From: Nannocystales bacterium | GTDB lineage: Bacteria; Myxococcota_A; Polyangia; Nannocystales; Nannocystaceae | Length of the DNA stretch: 64,000 nucleotides | Assembly: GCA_050633305.1 (NCBI GenBank) | Contig: JBOEGF010000018.1 | Coordinates: 288,001-352,000 of the forward strand | Direction of reading: 5' to 3' | Part shown: positions 49,960 through 60,461 of the stretch, piece by piece | Position numbering within the stretch: position 1 is the first letter of the stretch | Layout of the letters: each line of letters opens with the position of its first letter | The notes under the pieces: model-generated | What the model saw: only the letters and a program-made list of their open reading frames with translations | What the model was told of the DNA's origin: nothing | Database searches by the model: none | Made by a program: the position numbers and the translations under genes

Positions 49960-51477
49960 TCAACTCACCAGTTCCCCAAGATGGTCGGCCAGCCGATGCG
50001 CCAGCGCCACGATGGTCAGCGTCGGGTTCGCGAACCCGCCGGTGGGAAAGACCGAGCTCCCAGCCACGAAGAGGTTGTCGATCCCGTGTACGCGGGAGTT
50101 GGCATCGACAACTCCGGTCGCGGCACTCTCCGACATGCGGGTTGTTCCCATATGATGGCAGCCGCCGGAAACGTTGCCCGGGGAAAACTCCCCGTCGGCA
50201 TTGGGCATCCACAGCCGCCCCAGTCGGGCCCGGGCAAGCGCTGCGCTCCAAAGCTCCAGTGTGCGCTGGACGTCGGCGATGTCCTCATCGGCCACTTTCC
50301 ACCTCACGTTGACCCGCGGAACGCCCAGCGGGTCGAGCTCGTCGCTGAGCATGATTCTGCTGTCGGGTTTGGGACGCTGCTCCGCCCGGAGGTCCAACCT
50401 CAGAAGCTGAACCGCGGGGGGCATGCTACGGATGAAGCGGCGCAGCTGGTCGGGCTGGAGTCCCTCCTCGTCGCCGAGGACCCTGTCGGGGTTGATCTGC
50501 TCAAGCGTCGCGCCCATCGTCACCAGCTCCTCGGCCTCGCGAACCGCCGCGGGCAGCGAGATGGCTGCCTGGTAAACGACCGCGATCCCCTCAGGGGAGG
50601 CGTCGTCGAACGTCAGCGCCTCGGTTCGGGTGGTGTAGAACGAGGTCTCAACATCGTCGGGCAAGGCGAGGAACGCTCGGTTGTAGTAGTGCGGGTGCTC
50701 CATGAAGCACGTGCCCACCAAGCCGTTGGCATTCCCGACCCCCGCGGTCTCTTGCTGGTTTGATGCGAGCAAGATCCGAGCGTTCTCGATCCCCCCCATC
50801 GACAGGACGAAGTGATCGGCCTGCACGGAGAAACGCACGCCCTCTAGCGTAGAGCAGTCGAGCTGCGTCACCGAGCTACCGTCGCCCGACAGCATCACGT
50901 TGACCACGTTGGCGTTGCGGTACGTGGCGAGCGTCGCCATCGACTCGAGGTCGTCGCGGTAGAAGGTCCCAAAGCGGATCGGGGCGCTGTATTGGTAGAT
51001 GATCAACCGCGCCAGCGCGGGGTCTAGGCCCAATGCCGGGGCCCCGGCGCGCTCGGCAATGCCAGCTGCGTCGTACTCGTTGGCTCCGATGACGACTGTT
51101 TCGTGGGCGCGCGCATAGTAGGCTTCCATCTGCTCGGCGGTCACGGGCCAGCCGCTCCCCTCCAGCCATGCTCGGGCGGCGAAGTCGTCGGCTTCGAGTC
51201 GGCGACACCAACCCGCCCAACAGTTGGTCGATCCACCCAACTGCCGAGTGCGGCAGGTGTCGAGCGAGATGTTGAAGTCCCCGCTGTTCTCCCCCCGATA
51301 GAGTTCCTGCGAATCTTCGCTACGCTCGAGACCACCGCCTTCGAGCAGCACCACATCAACCCCGCTCGCAGCGAGGTCGCGGGCCAAGGTGATCCCGGCC
51401 GCGCCTGCGCCTGCGATGCAAACCCGTCCTTGGATCACCTGCCCATCGAGCAGGTCTCGCCCATCAAGCAAAGCCAC
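49960..51477 (-). CDS. GMC-family FAD oxidoreductase
   Basis: GAGAAG, LGGSTNCWAG, GGIENARILL, HHMGTTRM, NPTLT. Start GTG 51477 chosen. Confidence 0.92.
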   Translation of the reverse strand: MALLDGRDLLDGQVIQGRVCIAGAGAAGITLARDLAASGVDVVLLEGGGLERSEDSQELYRGENSGDFNISLDTCRTRQLGGSTNCWAGWCRRLEADDFAARAWLEGSGWPVTAEQMEAYYARAHETVVIGANEYDAAGIAERAGAPALGLDPALARLIIYQYSAPIRFGTFYRDDLESMATLATYRNANVVNVMLSGDGSSVTQLDCSTLEGVRFSVQADHFVLSMGGIENARILLASNQQETAGVGNANGLVGTCFMEHPHYYNRAFLALPDDVETSFYTTRTEALTFDDASPEGIAVVYQAAISLPAAVREAEELVTMGATLEQINPDRVLGDEEGLQPDQLRRFIRSMPPAVQLLRLDLRAEQRPKPDSRIMLSDELDPLGVPRVNVRWKVADEDIADVQRTLELWSAALARARLGRLWMPNADGEFSPGNVSGGCHHMGTTRMSESAATGVVDANSRVHGIDNLFVAGSSVFPTGGFANPTLTIVALAHRLADHLGELVS

Positions 51478-51742
51478 TACCGAACAGACCCTACATGATT
51501 CGAGCGCCACGAGAGCACAGCCGGGTTTCGGTTGGCCCAATAGAATGCTCGAGGGGGGCTGGCAGCCGCCCCGCCGTCGACATGCCATACCGCGACATTG
51601 GTAGCGCGGAACCGTCAGCCGAAACTCGGCGCCCCGGCCCTCGGGACGCCGCGTGAGCTTGGAGATGCAAGGTCGATGGTGCGGTCGAGCTCAGGCTTTG
51701 CGGTGAGCGTGCCCCGAGGACTCGCCGTAGCGTTGCTTTCTC

Positions 51743-54700
51743 TTACTCGATGACTTTGACGCGGCTGCTGCTGCTGTGGCCGAACCGCTCGGGCTCGTAC
51801 ATGGCCTCTGCTTTGACCGGCGGCAGCTGAAAATCGCCGATGGTGGTGGCCCGCGCGGTGTAAGCGTAGGTGTAGACGCCCGCGGGGAGGGTGTCGGCGA
51901 ACAGCAGCATGCGGTCGTCGCGAAGGTCGCTGTGGTCGAAGGTCCACCACGGGTACCACCAGCGGCTTCGGTACCCGCCGGAGGGTCCACCGGTCGTGAC
52001 GCTGCCGGAGATCGCCCCCGCGCCGCTGGTCACGAAGCGGGGGTTGAGCCCTTCGAAGCCCGCGGGGAGGGCGTCGTCGACGACGACGTAGTTCGCCCGG
52101 TCCCGGACCACGACGTTCAGGCTGATCTTGATGTTGGTCCCAGCCTTGATGACCCAGCTTCCGTCGTTGAGTCGACGCACCGCCTTGGGGTCGGGTTCGG
52201 TCTCGCCTTGCTCGGGCATCGCGGCGTAGTGGCGCGAGACGACGAATCCCTGGCTGCGAGCGTCGAGCTGGAGGTCGTCAGGCGCGTACCGAAGACCCAG
52301 ACGGTAGTAGAGCTTGCCGGGGCCTTTTTTGGCCAAGGTCAGGCTGTCTGCGCCCGACTCCTGCAGTGCCTTCATCGGGATGTTCTGTTGCTGCTTGGTC
52401 ATGCTTCGCCCTTCGAAGGTGAAGCTGCCGGCAAAAGCGTCTCCGAGCCAAGCTTGAGCTTCGAAGTTGGGTTCATCGGCTTCGACCACCTCATAGTAGC
52501 GACTGGCGGCAACCAACGCCCATGCGTTGGTGTGGGTGCTTCCCCAGCGCCCGCCCTTCATCGGATCGCGCGAGGCCATGATGCCGGCCATCACCTTCGG
52601 CAGCATCGGGTCCTTGGGGGCGGCGTCGAGCATGGCCATCAAGACGATGGCGTCGGTCTGTACGTTGGAGTGCATCAGGACTCGCAGACCGTCCGCGGCG
52701 TCGGCCTCCGAGCGGCCTTCTTCGAAGTGAATCGTCTTGGGGCTCTCGATGACGGCTTCTCGTAGCTGCGCGAGGATCTCATCGCGCTCGGCGGTCTTGC
52801 CGTAGTTGTGTGCGGCGCTCATCAGATACGCGCGGGCGTACAGCGGCAACTTGTCTCGATGCGTCCAGACGGTGCCGAACAGCTTCTCTCCGCGACTCTC
52901 GCGGCTGAGCAACCAGATCGCGAACGAGCGTGTGGTCCAGTCGTAGTAGACGCCCCAGCGCGAGCGATGCCCGTAGCGGACGAAGTTCTCGACGTAGTTG
53001 AGAGCTGCGTTCAGTTTGCCCTCGTCGACGTCGAACCCGGCCTTCTTGCCTTCGAGCAGCGCGAACGTGGCCCACGTCGAGACGTATGGCCAGCTCTCGC
53101 CGCGGTGCCAGTAGCCGAAGCCACCGTCGGGGTTCTGCTTGGTGAACAGTTTCTCGACCCCGCGGGTTGCGATCGCGGTCCGTGAGACCCGGTCGCGTAC
53201 GCTGGCGATCGGGAACTCGTCCAGGATGTCGCCGAGTACGAAGATCGGGAGCACCCGGCTCGAGGTCTGTTCGGCGCACTCGTAGCGATAGTCGACCAGG
53301 TACTGCACCGAGTCTTCGAGGCCGCTGAGCGCCGTGGAGCTGAAGCTCAGCTCCAGACCCCCGAACGCGGAGAGCACGTCCTTGGGGGCCTCGAGGGTGC
53401 GCAGAATCGAGTCCTCTGTCATCCCGTAGTCGGCGAAGGCCTCGGAGGTGGCCGGGTAGTTCACCGGCACCTCCAGCTGGGTTGCATCCCGCCCCGCGCT
53501 ACTCATTGCAGCGAATTGCACCCGCATGGTGCCGACCGCCTCGGTCTTCATGTCGAAGCGAACCTCCTTGGATTCGCCCGCCGGAATGTCGATGAACTTC
53601 TGGTCCTCAGTTCCGACCGTGACGTTGAGGCCGCGGGTCCCCACGAGCACCTTCTGGTTCTCGCCGGTCTGGTTGTCGACCATGACGCTGGCCTCGAATG
53701 CATCGCCGTAGTTGGCGAATCGGGGCAGGGAGGGGCGGAGCATGATCGGCTTGCGCACGCGAACCTGCGCGTCCCCGCTGCCAAATCGGTCGACCTCCTC
53801 CCGGTCGATGGCGACTGCCATGACGCGGAAGGTGGTGAGGTTCTCCGGCATGTCGATGGTGACGCTGAGCTTCCCCTCTGCGTCGGTCTGCAGGTCCCCG
53901 GCGAAGTACGCCGTGCTCGCGAACAGGGTCCGCAGAGAGACTTCTTGCGCCATAGCCTCTTCGGCTCTGAATGCAAAGCCGGCAGTGTTTCCGCCCAGTG
54001 TCTGTCCTGAGCCGTAGCCGGCGCTCTCCTTGCTCTTCTTCTCGGCGCGTCCCTTGAGCATCGAGCGTTGTCGAGCACCGCCGCCGGGTGCGGCGGAGGC
54101 CGTGGGAGACGGTGGGGCCATCGGCTCCGACGCGTAGGCCATGTCACCGTCGTCCGCGGATTCCTCGAGCTCCATCGGCTCGGCATCGGGCTGTGGTTCA
54201 GGCTCCGGCTCGCCTTCAGTGTCAGGCTCGGGAGCACCTGCCTCTCGGGGAAGCACGTTTCGGTGCAATGCATTCATCCACACGCCGCCGTTGCGCTTGC
54301 GGATGAAGAAACCCAGCGGGTCGGGGGTGGCGTAGTTCATCAAGCTCAGCACGCCTTCGTCGACCACCATGAGCGCGACGCCGGAGGACACCGCTTTGCC
54401 GCCCGCGTCCTTGGTGCTGAGGTTGACGGTCAGCTTGCCCTTGGGCTCGATCTCCTTCGACGAGAGGTCGACCCCGACGTCGATCCGGTGCTCGTCGGCG
54501 CTGATCTTGAGCTCGACCTTGCCTCCGGCGGCGGCAGGCAACCCGAGGTCCTGTCCGGGCGGAGCGCCTTCGACCTCCGTTCGGCCGCGCCAGAGCATCG
54601 CCGAGGCCGTCACACCCGGAGCCCAGGTCTTGGACAGCGGAACTTCGACCGCTGCGGTGCCGCCGTGCACCTCCAGTGGGAAACGCTTGGCGATGCCCTC

Positions 54701-57700
54701 ACGCTCCACAACCAGGATGCCGTGCGCCTCGTCGTACGGTGAGCGGACGAGGATGTTCGCGGTATCGCCGGGTGCGTACTCGCTGCGGTCGGGGACCAGA
54801 TCCACGCGGCTGGTGTTCTGACCCCACACGACGGCATCTTTCCCGTGCACGTAGAACTGGGTCTCGGTCCGGGTCGCGCGCCCCTCATCATCCTTGGCCG
54901 AGCCTCGGATGAGGTACGTGCCCGCGGTGTCGACGGTGATGTCACACGTCGCGGACACGGCTTTGCTCGTGACGTTGCAGGTCGAGACTTCCTGGTCTTT
55001 GGTCTCGTACGAGAACGACCAGCGTCCGTCCTTCTCGACCGCGGTTCGGACGGTCTCGCGTCGCAGGACCTCGATCGCGACCGGTTTGCCCGGTACACGC
55101 TCGCCTTCGAGGTCGACCAGGACCGCCTGGACGGTGGTCTGCTCGCCCTCCTTGAGCACCATCGCATCGGACCGCAGCCCGACATAGACGGTGGCGGGGT
55201 GCACGACAAAGCTGGCCGAACCCGAGATGGCCTGTCGGTTCTCGTCGGTGACCGTCGCGGAGAGGCTGTACGTCGACGCGGCGGGGGGGGCTTCGTCTTT
55301 GTCGGGCTCGGCTGGTGTGACGGCGTCGGGCTTTGCCGCGGGCACAGGGTCGACCGCATGGAGAACATGCTCGACCTCGAACACGCCTTGGGCGGTGGTC
55401 TCGCCGGAGCCTGAAGCGACGATGCGCGAGGGGGGGGTCCACCAACCGTACCGCCGGTACGGCGAGCCGGAGCCGAAGCTGAAGTCACGGTTGAGCTCCC
55501 CTGGCGGAGTGAATCCGCTGTCGGTCCGATTCAGGGAGTAGCGCACGTCGGCCCCGACCATCGGGGCGCCGTGCAGATACTTCGCGAGGACCTCGGCGTT
55601 CAAGGTGTCCTCGTAAACCAGCGGCTTCGAGGTGGGTCGTTCGACGTCGACCTCGAACTCGGGGGTTCGGAAGGTCTCGACCGGAATCGAGTGACGGAAC
55701 GTCTGCGCGCTGCCGAACCAGTTGGCGAAGGTGAGGACGAGCGTGAAGTTCCCGGTCCCGTGTTCCTCCTTGGTGTCGATGTCCAGGGTGAACGCACCGA
55801 GCTTGCTGACCGAGACGTCGCCCGTTGCCACCTCAATGCCGCGCGGGTTGGTGACCCGATAAGCGGCGGTGGAGTCGGAGCGATACAGCGCCAAGCTTCC
55901 CTCAGGTTTTGCCTCCTCTTGCCGGAGGATACCGACGAGGTGAATCGTCTCGCCCGGCTTGTACGGGGTGCGGTCGGTGAAGAAAAAGGCCCGCGGCCGG
56001 TCGGAGGGGGCGTTGCGCGAACTCCAGCCGCCCGCAATGCTCTGGCTGCTTGCGGGGAGGTACGCCGCGTCGGTCGCGGTCTGCACCATGATGTACCCGG
56101 AGTCGATCGAAGCCTCCGGCTCGGCCTGACCTGCGGCATCGGTGGTGCCTGTCCATTTCGTGGAGCCGTAGCGATCGATGAGCGTGACGGTTGCGCCTGC
56201 GACGGGGTCGTTGGTGCTGAGGCTGTGGACGGCGACCAAGCCCCCCGCGTGGTCGAGCGCGGCGGCGATGCCCAGGTCGGTGACCGTGAATGTCTGTGCG
56301 ATGCCCTTGCGCTGCTTGTACCCCCACAGCTCAAACTCATTGCTGCGGGCGATGAACCAACCGATCGTGCCTTTGGAGGCGCCCCCGGCGAGCATCTCCT
56401 GCAGAGGAAGTGCAAGTTCGGAGGGCTTTCGCAGCGATGCGGTCGTGTCGAAGGTCTTCTCGAAGGTGGAGGTGCCGCGGTCCGAAGGCCACGCCCAGTT
56501 CCGATCCCAGTAGCCGTTGGAGAACGTGTGGAGCTCCTTGCCCTCGATGGCGCGGGCTTCGATCTCCACCGCGTCGAGCCCCGCAACCCGCAGCCGCAGC
56601 GAAGGCTTGCTGCCGGCTTCGACGACCAAGGGTTGGGTGCGTGCCTGCGTGAGCTCCAGGTTCGGGAACTGGGGGCCGAGCTTGATGCTGGCTTTGAAGG
56701 GCTTGCCGAGCGTTTGGCCGAATCGATCCTGCAGTCCGCCGTCGACCTCGACGGTGTACTTGGTGTTGCCTTCGAACTCTCCGGACAGCGAGATGCCGTT
56801 CCAGGCCGACGAGACCACGAGTTTGTCGACCTCGGGGCTGACCTTGATGCGTTCGGAGAGCTTGGGGTCCGCGAGCGCGGTGGTGGATGAGAGGTGGATT
56901 CCGTTGCTGGCCCAGCACGGAGCTCCGCAGGCCTGGAGGGCGAGCTTCAGCGGCGGGTAGGTGCTGAAACTGTGGGTGATGGCTCCGCTGCGTTCGGGTC
57001 CTTCCCCGAAGACGCCGGCTGGGATCTTGATCGTGTAGCTGGTGTTCTTGGCGAGCTTGGCCTTCGGCTTGAGGGTCAGGACTCGTGCTGCGCGCTCTTT
57101 GTCCGACGCACTCGCATCCTCGCTCAGCACCGAAGGGACGACCTCCAGCGCAACGCTTCGCCCCGCGCCGCGCATGGTGAGCGCTCCGGCCAACGCGGTC
57201 CGCTCGATCGCCTGGTTGAAGTTCAGGGTGAGGGCCGTGTCCAGGTCGATGTTGCTTCCGCTGGGATAGGCGGAGGTGAGCGCAAGCGTAGGGGTGGAGA
57301 ACGTCCACGACTTCGCTGCGGAAAGGCTATGCCCGTGAATCGAAGTGGCGGTCTCGGGGACGGTGACCGTGTACTTCGTCGAGTACGGCAGACGTCCTTT
57401 GGCTTGCAGCGCGACGGTGCGCGTGCCGAGCCACTGTGCGTCCGCGTCGATGGGAGGGTCGACGAGTAGAGGGACATCTTGGGCCTCGAGGGCCTCGACG
57501 GTCGCAAGCGGGACCATCGCTTCGTTGAAGCTGACGCGTACGGCATCGATCAGCGTTTGGGGACCCGTCGGTCCGAATCGTTGGACCTCGAGCGGGCCCG
57601 GCGGCGGCGTGACGGCGACCCCCGCGTCCGGCGCGACCTCCGGCGGGAAGGGGATCTCGACCGTCTCGCTGACCGACTTGGGCTTGAGCGGTCCCGGACG

Positions 57701-57922
57701 TGGCTTGAGTTCGGTCGCGATGTCCGCGGCATCGGGCACCAGCGGCGGAACGCCTGCCCACAGGTCCAACGCCTTGGGCGCGGCTGTCTCCGCGCCTTTT
57801 TCGGCGTCGGGGGACGCCTCGGCGGCGGGGTCGCTGCCCGTGCAGCCGACGGAAAGCAACGCTGCCGTCACCCAACTCAAGCTACGGCGAAGCCGAAGGC
57901 GGTCGCGCACGTTGTGCCTCAT
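51743..57922 (-). CDS. Bacterial alpha-2-macroglobulin lipoprotein (about 2060 aa)
   Basis: Lipobox SVGC, Ig-like repeats, FTDRTPYKPGE, VVDEGVL, MPENLTTFR, thioester motif YECAEQT, QNPDGGFGYW, DALPAGFE, AEAMYEP. Confidence 0.95.
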   Translation of the reverse strand: MRHNVRDRLRLRRSLSWVTAALLSVGCTGSDPAAEASPDAEKGAETAAPKALDLWAGVPPLVPDAADIATELKPRPGPLKPKSVSETVEIPFPPEVAPDAGVAVTPPPGPLEVQRFGPTGPQTLIDAVRVSFNEAMVPLATVEALEAQDVPLLVDPPIDADAQWLGTRTVALQAKGRLPYSTKYTVTVPETATSIHGHSLSAAKSWTFSTPTLALTSAYPSGSNIDLDTALTLNFNQAIERTALAGALTMRGAGRSVALEVVPSVLSEDASASDKERAARVLTLKPKAKLAKNTSYTIKIPAGVFGEGPERSGAITHSFSTYPPLKLALQACGAPCWASNGIHLSSTTALADPKLSERIKVSPEVDKLVVSSAWNGISLSGEFEGNTKYTVEVDGGLQDRFGQTLGKPFKASIKLGPQFPNLELTQARTQPLVVEAGSKPSLRLRVAGLDAVEIEARAIEGKELHTFSNGYWDRNWAWPSDRGTSTFEKTFDTTASLRKPSELALPLQEMLAGGASKGTIGWFIARSNEFELWGYKQRKGIAQTFTVTDLGIAAALDHAGGLVAVHSLSTNDPVAGATVTLIDRYGSTKWTGTTDAAGQAEPEASIDSGYIMVQTATDAAYLPASSQSIAGGWSSRNAPSDRPRAFFFTDRTPYKPGETIHLVGILRQEEAKPEGSLALYRSDSTAAYRVTNPRGIEVATGDVSVSKLGAFTLDIDTKEEHGTGNFTLVLTFANWFGSAQTFRHSIPVETFRTPEFEVDVERPTSKPLVYEDTLNAEVLAKYLHGAPMVGADVRYSLNRTDSGFTPPGELNRDFSFGSGSPYRRYGWWTPPSRIVASGSGETTAQGVFEVEHVLHAVDPVPAAKPDAVTPAEPDKDEAPPAASTYSLSATVTDENRQAISGSASFVVHPATVYVGLRSDAMVLKEGEQTTVQAVLVDLEGERVPGKPVAIEVLRRETVRTAVEKDGRWSFSYETKDQEVSTCNVTSKAVSATCDITVDTAGTYLIRGSAKDDEGRATRTETQFYVHGKDAVVWGQNTSRVDLVPDRSEYAPGDTANILVRSPYDEAHGILVVEREGIAKRFPLEVHGGTAAVEVPLSKTWAPGVTASAMLWRGRTEVEGAPPGQDLGLPAAAGGKVELKISADEHRIDVGVDLSSKEIEPKGKLTVNLSTKDAGGKAVSSGVALMVVDEGVLSLMNYATPDPLGFFIRKRNGGVWMNALHRNVLPREAGAPEPDTEGEPEPEPQPDAEPMELEESADDGDMAYASEPMAPPSPTASAAPGGGARQRSMLKGRAEKKSKESAGYGSGQTLGGNTAGFAFRAEEAMAQEVSLRTLFASTAYFAGDLQTDAEGKLSVTIDMPENLTTFRVMAVAIDREEVDRFGSGDAQVRVRKPIMLRPSLPRFANYGDAFEASVMVDNQTGENQKVLVGTRGLNVTVGTEDQKFIDIPAGESKEVRFDMKTEAVGTMRVQFAAMSSAGRDATQLEVPVNYPATSEAFADYGMTEDSILRTLEAPKDVLSAFGGLELSFSSTALSGLEDSVQYLVDYRYECAEQTSSRVLPIFVLGDILDEFPIASVRDRVSRTAIATRGVEKLFTKQNPDGGFGYWHRGESWPYVSTWATFALLEGKKAGFDVDEGKLNAALNYVENFVRYGHRSRWGVYYDWTTRSFAIWLLSRESRGEKLFGTVWTHRDKLPLYARAYLMSAAHNYGKTAERDEILAQLREAVIESPKTIHFEEGRSEADAADGLRVLMHSNVQTDAIVLMAMLDAAPKDPMLPKVMAGIMASRDPMKGGRWGSTHTNAWALVAASRYYEVVEADEPNFEAQAWLGDAFAGSFTFEGRSMTKQQQNIPMKALQESGADSLTLAKKGPGKLYYRLGLRYAPDDLQLDARSQGFVVSRHYAAMPEQGETEPDPKAVRRLNDGSWVIKAGTNIKISLNVVVRDRANYVVVDDALPAGFEGLNPRFVTSGAGAISGSVTTGGPSGGYRSRWWYPWWTFDHSDLRDDRMLLFADTLPAGVYTYAYTARATTIGDFQLPPVKAEAMYEPERFGHSSSSRVKVIE

Positions 57923-58041
57923 GGGGCGAGCATACATCTGCCCCATGTACGCCCTACCGCACAGAACCGGTCTGTTCGGTAGGCCAGGCAGCACGGAATG
58001 CGGCCCTCTGCGGTCCCCGGGCCGGTACGAATTCTGCGAAC

Positions 58042-59751
58042 ATGAAGTTCGTGGCCAACGTGACGCTTCCCGCTCGCATGGAAGCCGGATGTGTTCCGGT
58101 CGCGATGCACGGGCGCGCGCCGGCGCTGTACCGAATCCCGATCACGCTCAGCTTGATGGGCTTGTTCATGATCGCGATTCAGGCTGGCCAGCCCCTGGTC
58201 GGGTTCGCGTCGATGATGGCCGTCCTTGCGACCGCGGCCGCGCTCTCGTTGCGATCGATGGCTCGTCGTTACGCGCCTGCAACGATCCTGCGTGATCAAG
58301 GGGACGCGAAGATGGCCAACGGCCGCTACCGAGAGGCGCGGGCGTTCTATGAACGTGCTCTGGCGATCGTCCAGCGTGAGCTCCCTTTGAGTTCGCCCGA
58401 GGTGCTCTCGGGCAACTACAACCTCGCGGTGGTCTCCTCACTGCTGGGAGATCACGACCAAGCGGCGACGTGTCTCGATGCGCTGCTCTGTGGGTTGGGT
58501 GGCCGCGTCCCGAATGCCTGGTCGGGGCGGATCGCTTGGCTGCTTCGGCGAATCGCTCGGCATCACTCGATCCACGGCCGTCACAGTGGAGCCGAGGAAG
58601 CTTGTCGCCTTGCGCTCGACCTCGTCGGCGACGCTCCGGGAGCGGACGACTGTACGGTGCGCTCGCTGGTCAACGACCTTGCTTGGGCGCACCAGCGTGC
58701 TGGAGACCTTCGCGGGGCGGAGTGCTCGTTCCGTGATGCGCTGTCGATCCACGAGCAGTACCGGGACATCGCAGCGACTCTTGCGGCTCCGTCCGGGGCC
58801 GGTCGGGGAGCGCACCAGTCCCCATACCGAGCGCCAAGCCCCAAGGAAACCACGACCAGCGGCGGCCTCGACCGGGCCGTCGCACACTCTTTGGTCGGCT
58901 TGGGGTGGACACTGTTCGAGTTGGGCCGCTTCGCTGACGCCGACGTGTCGTTTGGTCGGGCGCTGATGCTGGCCTCGTTGTCGGGCGGTCCCGAAGACAT
59001 GTCGCTGCGGGCTGAATCGCTTCGTGGCCGGGGCACGGTCGCGTTCGAGTTGGGACGCTACGCGGACGCCGATCGTTGTTACCGACGTGCCGCCGACGCC
59101 CTGTTGGTGGGGGACACCCCGCAGGCGATCGCCTTGCTTCTCGATCGGGCCTGGTTCGCATGCATTCGGGGAGAGGACCCTCGGGCGGAGGGGCTCTTGG
59201 TCGAGGCGGAGCGACGTCTGCGAACATCGCCCGGCCACGTCTCACTGCAAGGGGCCCTTCACGTTGTCTGGGCCGAGCTTGGGCGACGCCAGGGCAACGA
59301 CAAAGAGGCCCACAAGCATTCACAGCGGGCCGTCGTCTTGGCTGCAGACGCTCTCGCCGAACATCCCCGTCGTGCGAGCGTCCTCGCCTTGGCCACTCGG
59401 GTGCATGTGTCGCGCTCCGAGCTTGCGGCCGCAGAACGATACGGACGACGAGCTCTGGAGCTTCTTCGCGGGAGTGGCCTTCCTCAGACACACCCTCGCT
59501 ACGCCGAGGTCTCGCTCGCGATGGGGGAGCTGCACGCGGCGCGAGGCCAGTGGGGGGCGGCGGAGGAGGCGTTTCGCAGCGCTCTGGAGACTCGAGAGGC
59601 GCGACTGGGACCTGAGCACCCCGCGCTCGATGAGATTCTCGGAGGGTTGACCGGAGTCTACGAAGCCACCGGGCGGACCGCAGAGCAAGCCGACCTGCAG
59701 CAGCGCCGAGAGGCGTTGCTCCACACGGAACCCGCCGAACTCGCGAGCTGA
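58042..59751 (+). CDS. Membrane-anchored tetratricopeptide-repeat protein
   Basis: Two N-terminal TM segments and repeated G.Y.EA...Y.RAL / LGPEHP TPR motifs. Start uncertain. Confidence 0.85.
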   Translation: MKFVANVTLPARMEAGCVPVAMHGRAPALYRIPITLSLMGLFMIAIQAGQPLVGFASMMAVLATAAALSLRSMARRYAPATILRDQGDAKMANGRYREARAFYERALAIVQRELPLSSPEVLSGNYNLAVVSSLLGDHDQAATCLDALLCGLGGRVPNAWSGRIAWLLRRIARHHSIHGRHSGAEEACRLALDLVGDAPGADDCTVRSLVNDLAWAHQRAGDLRGAECSFRDALSIHEQYRDIAATLAAPSGAGRGAHQSPYRAPSPKETTTSGGLDRAVAHSLVGLGWTLFELGRFADADVSFGRALMLASLSGGPEDMSLRAESLRGRGTVAFELGRYADADRCYRRAADALLVGDTPQAIALLLDRAWFACIRGEDPRAEGLLVEAERRLRTSPGHVSLQGALHVVWAELGRRQGNDKEAHKHSQRAVVLAADALAEHPRRASVLALATRVHVSRSELAAAERYGRRALELLRGSGLPQTHPRYAEVSLAMGELHAARGQWGAAEEAFRSALETREARLGPEHPALDEILGGLTGVYEATGRTAEQADLQQRREALLHTEPAELAS

Positions 59752-59760
59752 GGCCCCTCG

Positions 59761-60327
59761 CTAGCCGCGGAGCAAGAGCGCCGTCACAGCCGCGAGGAGT
59801 GCAAGCACCGCGAGGACCGACAGCACGATGAGAGGCGTCCGAGAGGGGGCGGCCGTCGGTCCGAGAGAGGGGGTCGCATCGGGTGCGGGAGAGGCCGCGA
59901 GCATGCTCGAGCTGGACAACAGGGCGGACTGCGACAGCGCGGCGCTGCTCGTCACGTCGGAGCCCGAAGCACTCGCGGTCTGCGACTCATGAGCCGCGCC
60001 GGTCTCCTCCTGCGGTGGTGTTCCGGCGAGCGTCTTGAGATCGATGAGTCCCGAGCCCGCGTCGCTTGCCGGTGCTTGCGCGGCGAGGCGCGCCATTTGT
60101 TTGGGCGCACCACCGAGGGTCTTGTGAGCCTGCATCGCACTGAGCGTGTCGAGCTTGAAGAGCACGGAATCGGCATTGCGCTCGTCCGACATGCCCGAGT
60201 CTGACGAGGGCGCGTGATGTCCCGGTCGGGAGGCCTGAGCCGACTGGTGGGTCGCGGGCTCCTCGGTCGGCGGCGAGAACAGGAGGTCTTCCGAGGGCGC
60301 GGGCGGAGTTTTCACGGGAGCGTTCAA
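59761..60327 (-). CDS. Hypothetical low-complexity protein with a C-terminal TM anchor
   Basis: ERNADSVLF and SGLIDL short motifs, terminal hydrophobic helix. Confidence 0.6.
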   Translation of the reverse strand: MNAPVKTPPAPSEDLLFSPPTEEPATHQSAQASRPGHHAPSSDSGMSDERNADSVLFKLDTLSAMQAHKTLGGAPKQMARLAAQAPASDAGSGLIDLKTLAGTPPQEETGAAHESQTASASGSDVTSSAALSQSALLSSSSMLAASPAPDATPSLGPTAAPSRTPLIVLSVLAVLALLAAVTALLLRG

Positions 60328-60461
60328 CGCCCCTCAATCAAGCCGGAACGGCGACGCGAATTCTGTACGCCGGCTCGCCTTTCCGAACCGATTTTCGAGG
60401 CGTATTGCAGGAGGAGATCGTGCCGGCGTCTGGGCCTCAACTGGGCTGCTAGAGTAGGGCC

